The position numbers were made by a program, and so were the translations under genes. Under the pieces are notes generated by a model that worked only from the letters and a program-made list of their open reading frames with translations, had not been told where the DNA came from and made no database searches. A stretch of 64,000 nt of DNA from a virus: the IMG/VR virus record IMGVR_UViG_3300032770_000009, positions 1-64,000 of that record, one strand, 5' to 3'. Each line of letters begins with the position of its first letter. Position 1 is the first letter of the stretch. Below, in pieces: positions 41,196 through 48,456 of the stretch.

Positions 41196-41348
41196 ATTCC
41201 TAGAGATTGAGCACCTTACGGGTTAAAATATTTTATTTCACCATCAGCAGTTTAAGAGCTGCTGACTAGGATTTGAACCTAGAATCTCAAAATTGATAGT
41301 TTTGTGTGTTTACCTTTGAAGTAGCCGTTAGGTAGTGCACCTAGGAAT
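41196..41348 (-). ncRNA. Y-RNA-like unit 6 (opened in the D loop, anticodon AUC)
   Basis: AUUCCUAG/CUAGGAAU stem; CAAAA-CUAUCAA-UUUUG arm; T arm; UCAGCAG/CUGCUGA looped acceptor. Confidence 0.78.
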
Positions 41349-41387
41349 GTCCACAACACTAGGAGGTACAGTATGGTGGAATTTACT

Positions 41388-41519
41388 GTTCAGAGAATAA
41401 GTTAGACTCAGTGACGATTTCAACCTCCACACCCGCGTGTGGCGCTCTCTAGCTTGAGCTATAACGCAAGGACTTAACCTTTGCTGCATTAGAAGTAACT
41501 GTGTCTTTTGCACCTGAAC
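41388..41519 (-). ncRNA. Y-RNA-like unit 7 (degenerate tRNA-like cargo)
   Basis: GUUCAG/CUGAAC stem, conserved motifs, D-arm-like UAGCUC..GAGC. Confidence 0.72.
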
Positions 41520-41522
41520 TAG

Positions 41523-41595
41523 TAGTGATAACTGGATTTGAACCAGTGACCGGCAGGATATGAATCTGCTGCTCTACCAACTGAGCTATACCACT
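41523..41595 (-). tRNA. tRNA-Met or Ile2 (CAT)
   Basis: Cloverleaf; loop TT-CAT-AT. Confidence 0.8.
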
Positions 41596-41635
41596 AGGTG
41601 TGGGACTTGCACCCACTAGTTATCCCAACTCTGTA

Positions 41636-41717
41636 AATCTGGAGTATAAATCGGCTACTGTGTCTTTTGGATAACTATAGCGTTGTTTGAAGTATCAGTG
41701 ACCTTCGCACCCAGATT
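41636..41717 (-). ncRNA. Y-RNA-like unit 8 (minimal)
   Basis: AAUCUGG/CCAGAUU stem; GGUGCGAAG and UACUUC motifs. Confidence 0.72.
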
Positions 41718-41725
41718 AAGATTAC

Positions 41726-41820
41726 TGTTCTAGAATATATAACGCATCACGGTCGGTTTCTACCATGGTGGCTTAAAAGGCTACTGTTTGAAGTAACCGT
41801 AATGCTTTGCACCTAGAACA
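41726..41820 (-). ncRNA. Y-RNA-like unit 9 (minimal, Lys-like CUUUUAA loop)
   Basis: UGUUCUAG/CUAGAACA stem; conserved motifs. Confidence 0.75.
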
Positions 41821-41823
41821 TAG

Positions 41824-41899
41824 ACGCGGGAGTGAGATTCGAACTCACGTAGAACGGCTTATGAGACCGTGCTGGAACCGAACTCCAGTCTATCCCGCA
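41824..41899 (-). tRNA. tRNA-Met(CAT)
   Basis: Cloverleaf; loop CT-CAT-AA. Confidence 0.85.
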
Positions 41900-41908
41900 G
41901 TGTTTAAA

Positions 41909-41990
41909 ACTCAGAGAATAATTTGAAAACAGCGCATTTACAGACCAATGTGAATAGTGTTTGAAGTAACTGTCTTCTTTGCACCTGAGT
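41909..41990 (-). ncRNA. Y-RNA-like unit 10 (minimal)
   Basis: ACUCAG/CUGAGU stem; conserved motifs. Confidence 0.75.
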
Positions 41991-41998
41991 AGTATTTT

Positions 41999-42056
41999 GG
42001 AATTAACTGGGATCTGATGTGCCGCTTAAGGGATGGGTTGTGCCACTGTTAATTCC
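41999..42056 (-). ncRNA. Conserved structured RNA motif of about 60 nt, copy 2, 3' of tRNA-Glu
   Basis: GGAAUUAAC/GUUAAUUCC stem; core shared with 36563-36624. Confidence 0.55.
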
Positions 42057-42059
42057 TTG

Positions 42060-42130
42060 TAGCCCTACAGGGACTCGAACCCTGTTTACAAGATTGAAAG
42101 TCTTGTTTCCTACCTATAGAAGATAGGGCC
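42060..42130 (-). tRNA. tRNA-Glu(TTC)
   Basis: Cloverleaf; loop CT-TTC-AA. Confidence 0.88.
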
Positions 42131-42197
42131 ACGATCAGCAAGACTGCTGTGTCACTTAGCTAGCTTCGTTTCGTGTCTCTGCCTTGCTGATGTAACC

Positions 42198-42246
42198 ATC
42201 CTACCAGACCCGCGCCCCTTTGTCAAATCGGGGCGAATCGGACATT
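42198..42246 (-). promoter_or_regulatory. Promoter pointing into the tRNA / Y-RNA / Ro60 unit, with CGGACATT box
   Basis: TTGACA-N17-TAGGAT. Confidence 0.72.
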
Positions 42247-42403
42247 TCGGGCTACTCTCGAAGCTCTGCTAACTTATCGTGAGCTTCTTTAAAATCATTT
42301 GTGATTAACTCAACTTCAGCAGTAACAGGAACATCTTCCGAATCATCAGTGATTTCCACTTTACCGAATCTATCAGTGTAGACGTAATAAGTCATTGTAC
42401 ACC

Positions 42404-43417
42404 CTAATTAATAAGAAGAAGAGAAGTGCCGCCGATAAGTTTACGGTTCAAAGCAGTAGACTGCACAAAGATAGTATAGTTAGCGTACTGTGTACTAGAT
42501 GGATCTACATCTACTGTGTGATCAGGCAGGCCAAGCAACTGCCTAGCTTGAGGACCAGTGTAGATCTTCCCCCCGAAACCAATAGCGATATTCTTTTGCG
42601 GCTGAATTGTTTCCTTCTTAGTAAGTTGATAGTAAGCTTTACCGATAATAAGCTTCCTTCCAGTGTGGTCGTAGACGAATTCGTCTACTCTCTGGTCAAA
42701 AGGCACCGCTATAAGCTGGTGTGTTCCTGGTGACAAAGCATTAAGAGACAACTTAATGTCCGACTCTGTTACCCTATTAAGACTAAACAGGTTCTTACTG
42801 CTTCTGATACCCATAGACCTGTTAGTCATAAAGGTAGTAGAAGCTTGACGAACAATATGTCCTACTGTTTCAAGTCCCTTAGCAGATGTTGTATCCCAGA
42901 TTATTACGTTTTCTTTAGGGAATCCGTACTTTACAGCATAGTTAACACCTGTCTGGTTAGGTACGAAACAAGCATAAGACCAGTTTCCCTTGCCGTCAAG
43001 GACAGAAAAGTTTGACTTTAGAGTCAATGCACTGTGTGAAGAACTGTTTTCGTCACCATCAGTAATCACGTACATTAGGAAAGCGTGCTCACCGTATAGT
43101 GTAGCGGTCTTATCAAGGTCTTCCATTGCCTTAATGGTGGCGTCAATAAGAGCTGTACCACCAGAAGCACGGTACATTCCCTTAATAGACTGCATTCTCA
43201 GCACATCCATATCGTATGCAAGGCACTTGATATGATTGTATCCGGAAGAGAATGTGTATACAGTAACTCTTGTTTCCTGTTCCTGAGCTATAGATTGCTC
43301 AGCTAAGTGCTTTACTGTGTCATCTACTACACTAACTACAGTATTTGTTAAGTAATTCATGCTGCCTGATGCGTCTATAACTAAGACAACATGGTTAATA
43401 AAGTTTTTAAGTGCCAA
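42404..43417 (-). CDS. vWA-domain protein
   Basis: MIDAS motifs LVIDASGSM, GGTALIDA, VITDGDENSS. Confidence 0.85.
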   Translation of the reverse strand: MALKNFINHVVLVIDASGSMNYLTNTVVSVVDDTVKHLAEQSIAQEQETRVTVYTFSSGYNHIKCLAYDMDVLRMQSIKGMYRASGGTALIDATIKAMEDLDKTATLYGEHAFLMYVITDGDENSSSHSALTLKSNFSVLDGKGNWSYACFVPNQTGVNYAVKYGFPKENVIIWDTTSAKGLETVGHIVRQASTTFMTNRSMGIRSSKNLFSLNRVTESDIKLSLNALSPGTHQLIAVPFDQRVDEFVYDHTGRKLIIGKAYYQLTKKETIQPQKNIAIGFGGKIYTGPQARQLLGLPDHTVDVDPSSTQYANYTIFVQSTALNRKLIGGTSLLLIN

Positions 43418-43637
43418 AATACCCTCCTAGATAGTGAAAATAGGGTCTAAATGACCCTATTTTCAGTTAAATATAGACAAAAACGGTCAGTTAGTCAAAC
43501 GTGCCGCCTGTATTTGTTACTTCTGTAGCTGAAACAAGCTTCTGAGAAGTCCAGCCTAGTGCCCAGCCTTCATTAGCAACAGGAACACCCCATAAAAAGT
43601 ACATGTTATTCTGCTCATGTGCTGAAATTTGCATAAT

Positions 43638-44213
43638 TTAACCAACGTTTGTAGAAGCAATAATCAAAAGTGCGTTCATTGTTACATAGAAACGCATCTG
43701 AGGGTTAGGATAAGCAACTGTAACACCGTTTGTGTTGTAGTTTCCGCCCTGAGAAGTCCAGCCAGGAACGTTAGCGTGACTTAATGTCGCGTTATCGTAG
43801 CCTAATGGGTATACGCCATCATCAGATGTGCCCAAAGCAGCATTAAGTACGATCTGGAAACCCGCATAACCAACCGCGTTAGCATACTCATTGTAAGAAA
43901 CAGAGTTAGAATAGTTAGAAGCAAGCTCCTGTAGTGACTGCCCGTTAGCTGAAACTTGAGTAATAGACACAAGAGTAGGCAAAATCACCGTTGAACCAGT
44001 AGAACCGCCACCTGTACCGTTGTCAGAGAAGAAAATCCTTGACGGATTAACGCCTTGCTGGTCTAAAATACCGGCTACATAAACTGTAGAGCCTGGTGTG
44101 TACACGCCGTTAGTGAAAGAATAAGTTGCAGCATCGGTTGGAGTACCCGCGCTACGTTGAAATGTAGTGTTAATAACAGGAAACCCTGCTAGATTTGCTA
44201 CTGAAAGAGCCAT
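43638..44213 (-). CDS. Hypothetical protein, paralog of 45943-46314
   Basis: Shared TNGV..Y(V/I)AG.LD...FF.D...LPTL..QVS motifs. Confidence 0.6.
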   Translation of the reverse strand: MALSVANLAGFPVINTTFQRSAGTPTDAATYSFTNGVYTPGSTVYVAGILDQQGVNPSRIFFSDNGTGGGSTGSTVILPTLVSITQVSANGQSLQELASNYSNSVSYNEYANAVGYAGFQIVLNAALGTSDDGVYPLGYDNATLSHANVPGWTSQGGNYNTNGVTVAYPNPQMRFYVTMNALLIIASTNVG

Positions 44214-44259
44214 GTTAACTCCCTAATGGAATAATATTACTCTCACAGTATACACTAAG

Positions 44260-44331
44260 AGCGAATGACGAGACTCGAACTCGCAGTCATAGCTTGGAAG
44301 GCTATTGGTTTAACCGTTAACCAACATTCGC
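44260..44331 (-). tRNA. tRNA-Gly(TCC)
   Basis: Cloverleaf; loop CT-TCC-AA. Confidence 0.88.
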
Positions 44332-44332
44332 A

Positions 44333-44417
44333 TGGTGCCCCCACTCAGATTCGAACTGAGACGCAATAAAGCACGGGGTTTAAATCCGTTGGATAGACCT
44401 GATTCTCCTATAGGGGC
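44333..44417 (-). tRNA. tRNA-Leu(TAA), CCA encoded
   Basis: Loop TT-TAA-AC; variable arm. Confidence 0.8.
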
Positions 44418-44440
44418 TTTAGAGAAACAGAGTAACGCAC

Positions 44441-44815
44441 CTATTTCATTGTTTCATCCGACTGAATGTCGGAAGTTTTGTCTAGCCTCGGCACTTTGAA
44501 GGCCAGAATACCTTCCCTAACCATAGCATCTACTACGTCTTGCCTGTCATCATAGAAAATATGAAGGTCAAGTGCCTTAGCTTGTGCCACCTTAAGGGCT
44601 GGTGCCTCTCTTGGATGCCTGAAAGCAACCTCATACACACCATCAACATAAGGTGTGTATGAAAGCACCTGCTCCATTATGGTACCCTTACGCCTCGGTC
44701 CAATAGCAGAGATGACATATACTTTGTCACCGTAAGAAATATGACGTCGCATAAGATTAACTATCTGATTAGGCCATGCGTCTAGAACATTATGGTAGTC
44801 GAATCCTACTCTCAC
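44441..44815 (-). CDS. HAD-like protein
   Basis: VGFDYHNVLD...ISA...K...FYDDR. Confidence 0.6.
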   Translation of the reverse strand: MRVGFDYHNVLDAWPNQIVNLMRRHISYGDKVYVISAIGPRRKGTIMEQVLSYTPYVDGVYEVAFRHPREAPALKVAQAKALDLHIFYDDRQDVVDAMVREGILAFKVPRLDKTSDIQSDETMK

Positions 44816-45001
44816 TTAATGGTCCCTCCTATGTGCGGGTACAGGACAGTGACGAATATGATTACTGCACGCAAGTTCGTCACAGTGAATTTTCAGTATA
44901 CCTACTTTAGCGTGGTCACACTTTGTACTTGTGCAAACCGGATCGCCTTTTCTGTGCTTACCCCGCACGGCCATTATCCTTTTTCCTCCTATTTGATTAC
45001 G

Positions 45002-45074
45002 TGCCCGTCCTGGGATTTGAACCCAGACTGTATAAGGTTTGAGCTTATTATCTCTACCGTTGGAATAGGCGGGC
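45002..45074 (-). tRNA. tRNA-Leu(CAA), short variable loop
   Basis: Loop CT-CAA-AC. Confidence 0.82.
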
Positions 45075-45197
45075 TTACGTGAGAGAAAAGAGCATTTATA
45101 GGCTATCTTCAGCTCTTACTCTGCTAGTATTTCTCAGACAGCCCGCGAATACTATGCAATAGCCTCTCACTGAGCACAGTTAGCAAGACTGTACTTG

Positions 45198-45269
45198 TGG
45201 TTCAGTCTGGAATCGAACCAGCGCCCATTGCTTTTCAGGCAATCGCTCTACCGACTAAGCTACAGAACC
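45198..45269 (-). tRNA. tRNA-Phe(GAA)
   Basis: Loop CT-GAA-AA. Confidence 0.9.
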
Positions 45270-45276
45270 ATTTTTT

Positions 45277-45420
45277 CTAATACCACTGGTGACTATCATT
45301 GTTAGTGCAAACATGCTCTTGCAACATAGCATGTCCTCTTGTCAGATCACATGACCCGTCACATCGTGGACATTTTGCAGGACAAGGGTCTTTGCCTCTG
45401 TAAACTATATTAAGTCCCAT
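45277..45420 (-). CDS. Cys/His microprotein (CxxxCPxCxxxC...H...HxC...HxW family)
   Basis: MGLNIVYRGKDPCPAKCPRCDGSCDLTRGHAMLQEHVCTNNDSHQWY; SD AAGGAGG. Confidence 0.7.
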   Translation of the reverse strand: MGLNIVYRGKDPCPAKCPRCDGSCDLTRGHAMLQEHVCTNNDSHQWY

Positions 45421-45442
45421 TTAATCCTCCTTATCATAACAG

Positions 45443-45525
45443 TACCCCGCAAGGGATTTGAACCCTCACACCGTCACCGATACTAGATCCTAAGTCTAGC
45501 GCGTCTGCCATTCCGCCAACGGGGC
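45443..45525 (-). tRNA. tRNA-Leu(TAG)
   Basis: Loop CT-TAG-GA; variable arm. Confidence 0.92.
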
Positions 45526-45731
45526 ATTGTGGCCGTATTTGACAGGTTCGGCTTCCTGATTTACGGTTTTGCTTCCGCTCTCCCCGTACTAGCCTCATAC
45601 GGATTATCAAGTTTATCAGAACAGTGATTATCTCAGCAAGTCTCCTAGACAAATTTGTACTTGCGCCAGACTATACTTCGCGTTTGCCACATTGCTGTAT
45701 AGCCGAACTGTCCTGTTCCTGTAGCACTACG

Positions 45732-45811
45732 TGGGCCGCCTAGGGATCGAACCTAGCATGTCAAAGACGGCAGGGTTACAGCCTGCTTTCCCACCTTGGG
45801 AATTCCGACCC
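45732..45811 (-). tRNA. tRNA-Tyr(GTA)
   Basis: Loop CT-GTA-AC; variable arm; atypical D arm. Confidence 0.82.
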
Positions 45812-45888
45812 AAAACCTAGGCAATCCGGAGAAAACCTAGGAGTAATCTTAGATGACGACGTTACCGCCGCCCTGAGTTGATATTTAA

Positions 45889-45927
45889 AGCCTACCAGAC
45901 CCAACGTCCGATGTCAAATCGGACATT
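45889..45927 (-). promoter_or_regulatory. Promoter with CGGACATT box
   Basis: TTGACA-N17-TAGGCT. Confidence 0.7.
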
Positions 45928-45942
45928 CAGGACAAACCGGGA

Positions 45943-46314
45943 TTAACCGTAAGCTGTACCAGCAGTGATAAGCAAGCCGAATTCATCAAGATAAATCTGA
46001 GAATTGGCCGAAGTAGCGTCTGGAGAACCAGCAGAATAAGACAAAGTAACATAGTAAGCACCAGTCTTAGTGTTTCCTGCTGAATCAACAACACTTACCT
46101 GCTGTACTTGTGTCAGTGTCGGTAACGCTATGGATGTTCCGTCAGTGTAAAAGAACTTAGCTCTGTTCTCGCCGTCAAGATAACCGGCAATATAAGCACC
46201 CGCGTGTGTTGTAGAAACACCGTTAGTGTAAGTAAAGCTCGATGCGTCAACGTTAGTAGCTCCGCCCCACGCAGGGTAGCCACCTAAATTGTAAACTGAT
46301 AAACCTGCTGACAT
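45943..46314 (-). CDS. Hypothetical protein, paralog of 43638-44213
   Basis: Shared motifs and shared upstream element. Confidence 0.6.
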   Translation of the reverse strand: MSAGLSVYNLGGYPAWGGATNVDASSFTYTNGVSTTHAGAYIAGYLDGENRAKFFYTDGTSIALPTLTQVQQVSVVDSAGNTKTGAYYVTLSYSAGSPDATSANSQIYLDEFGLLITAGTAYG

Positions 46315-46361
46315 ATTAGCAGCCTCTCATGAGAGAAATAATATTACAATGACAGTATACA

Positions 46362-46823
46362 CTAGGCTAGCAAGTAGTTCTCCGCTTGCTGTATATGAGA
46401 TCTTTGCAGTCCGTCAACATAATCAACAATTACCTGGTACCCGTTACTTTCGTACAAGTGATGCTGAAAGTCCCATTCGTCTTCTAGAGCTGCAAACTTG
46501 CGCCCATCAGCATATTTCTTTGCTGAGTAAGCCTTGTCTGCACCGACAGACGATGAAAACTTCCAAGGTTTCACCTGTATAAAGGGCAGTTCGGGCAATC
46601 CGACTTTTGGTGCTATATGTACTGGCGCTTGTGCACCCCACATAGTACACCATACAAGTTCAGAATCGGTTTTATCGGCTAGATCTAGCAGCCATGATCC
46701 GTGATTAGGATTCAAATGGACAGTAAAACCATTTATTTCGTATGTTACATGGTCTTTAGACGGACGGACGGGGTTAAGCACCCCGTCCACGTCTATCAGT
46801 ATCAAGTTACTTTTGATGGACAT
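46362..46823 (-). CDS. HAD-family phosphatase (RNA-repair-associated type)
   Basis: LIDVDGVLNP...ELVWCTMW...LGLPELP...ALEDE. Confidence 0.75.
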   Translation of the reverse strand: MSIKSNLILIDVDGVLNPVRPSKDHVTYEINGFTVHLNPNHGSWLLDLADKTDSELVWCTMWGAQAPVHIAPKVGLPELPFIQVKPWKFSSSVGADKAYSAKKYADGRKFAALEDEWDFQHHLYESNGYQVIVDYVDGLQRSHIQQAENYLLA

Positions 46824-47120
46824 AGTAGCCACCGTCAGCCCTGCGAGCACTCTTCGCCTTGCCACCGGAGTCTAGGAATTGCTGGTATTGTCTAGCAGTC
46901 ATGAATACTTCTCCAGAATGATCATGTCCCACATCGATAGGCTTACCGTGATTCTCAGCTTTGCCATTGCAGCCTTGCTTAATATGATCAATCTCTATAG
47001 GAAGACCACAGCATCCCCATGTTTTTCCAGACTTCTTCTTAAGACCGGCCGCCAAAGCCATTGCAGCCCTGAAAGCTGACTTGCTGATAGCCATTGTTTC
47101 CTCCTTGTTTGTTTGTGCTA

Positions 47121-47198
47121 TGGTCTAGATAGAGGGATTCGAACCCCCGTTATGCCTGACCCCAAATCAGGTGCCATACCAAGCTAGGCGATATCTAG
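47121..47198 (-). tRNA. tRNA-Pro(TGG), CCA encoded
   Basis: Loop TT-TGG-GG. Confidence 0.88.
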
Positions 47199-47201
47199 AA
47201 A

Positions 47202-47273
47202 CCGGGAGGTTCTTCCATTAAACTACCATACCCATGAATAGTGGATATGACCGGAGTCGAACCGGATTCCCCG
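47202..47273 (-). ncRNA. Free-standing circularly permuted tRNA-like element with no anticodon loop
   Basis: Order is T arm, looped acceptor, D arm; the two ends pair as an anticodon stem. Confidence 0.7.
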
Positions 47274-47275
47274 TG

Positions 47276-47348
47276 TGGACAGTAAGGGATTCGAACCCTT
47301 ATTCGCTTGCTTGCAAAGCAAGTGCCTTACCAGTCGTGCCAACCGCCC
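47276..47348 (-). tRNA. tRNA-Ala(TGC)
   Basis: Loop TT-TGC-AA; G3-U70 pair. Confidence 0.88.
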
Positions 47349-47728
47349 ATTGTGCCGCTTACGCGGCGGTACTACTAGAAAACCATGTCGATAAACGCAT
47401 CGAATTCTGCGTCTAGGATATCCTGCTGTGCTCTTTGCATTTCATAAGCAGCAGCACGGCGATTACCCATAGCCAGATCCATCTGTGCTCTTTGCTGAGC
47501 CATCTGAGCATCTTCCAGATCCATAATTTCATCGAACTCAATAAAATCCATTAGTCCTCCTAAAACTTGTTACCGTAGTCTGATGGCATTACAATCCAGT
47601 TTCCGCCATCCCAGTATCTTACTACACCATCCATGTCAACCCATTGCTCATACGTATAAGGGTTATCTGGCGGATCTTGTGTTCTTATTGATTTATTCAC
47701 GTTGGGCGACTGGGACTTGAACCCAGGA

Positions 47729-47956
47729 CTATGAAGCAGTAGACATCTTTACGATATAAATTCCCATAGCAACAGCAGCAAAGAAAGATACTGTGCCCAA
47801 AGCTGGGTACTTCTTTATAAGAGCATGGGAACCTGCTATTGCAAGATAAGTCCCTGTAACCATAACAACAGCAGCTTGTTCCTCTGGTGTCATTGCTGAT
47901 ACTACATTTTCATAGTCTTGCATACTAGAGAAGCCCATAAATTCTGTTTCATTCAT
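47729..47956 (-). CDS. Small membrane protein with two predicted helices, inside the insertion
   Basis: Two hydrophobic segments; SD GGAG. Confidence 0.55.
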   Translation of the reverse strand: MNETEFMGFSSMQDYENVVSAMTPEEQAAVVMVTGTYLAIAGSHALIKKYPALGTVSFFAAVAMGIYIVKMSTAS

Positions 47957-47987
47957 TTAATTCTCCGAATCTGTAAAATTGTTAAAG

Positions 47988-48061
47988 TTGGGATAGAAGG
48001 AATTGAACCTTCTCAAAGTGTTTATAAGACACTTTCCGTCAAACCGTTCGGACCTACCCCA
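47988..48061 (-). tRNA. tRNA-Ile(TAT)
   Basis: AGTGT-CT-TAT-AA-ACACT arm; T loop TTCAATT. Confidence 0.82.
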
Positions 48062-48456
48062 ATGCTAAGAATCTCGTAATCCTCAGCCCAGTTGATATTG
48101 GGAGAAGCTTTGAAAGGATTTTTGACTCTTAAACGCATACTACCTGCTGGTGCGTCATCAACTGGAATCCAGTATACCTTGTTTAAGTCAGGCGAGTACA
48201 CGGCAAACAAATCAGCTTCACCTTTGTAACCCTTGTGGACATTTGTGAAAGGACTAATGCTAACAGTGTTGAATACAACACAGCCGTTATCAATTCTGCC
48301 AGTTTTGACTTGGATTCGTGTGAAGTTATTGTTTTCTTCAACAACCATATCATATCGCTGGTTGTCTCCAAACGGCAGCAGAACTGTTTTTCCCTGCTTG
48401 ATTAGCTCGGCTAAGACAACAGCTTCACTTATTTCTCCGACTGCTTTGCTATTCAC
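48022..48456 (-). CDS. PD-(D/E)xK homing-type endonuclease
   Basis: GEISE...PFGDNQRYDMV...RIQVKTG...ADLFAVY motif pattern. Confidence 0.85.
   Translation of the reverse strand: MNSKAVGEISEAVVLAELIKQGKTVLLPFGDNQRYDMVVEENNNFTRIQVKTGRIDNGCVVFNTVSISPFTNVHKGYKGEADLFAVYSPDLNKVYWIPVDDAPAGSMRLRVKNPFKASPNINWAEDYEILSIGVGPNGLTESVL

Noticed and set aside
40402-41990. CRISPR array interpretation of the recurring GAAGTA...GCACC motif
   Set aside because: The repeats are short split motifs inside covarying stems, spacing is irregular, inserts are tRNA-like and no cas genes are visible.
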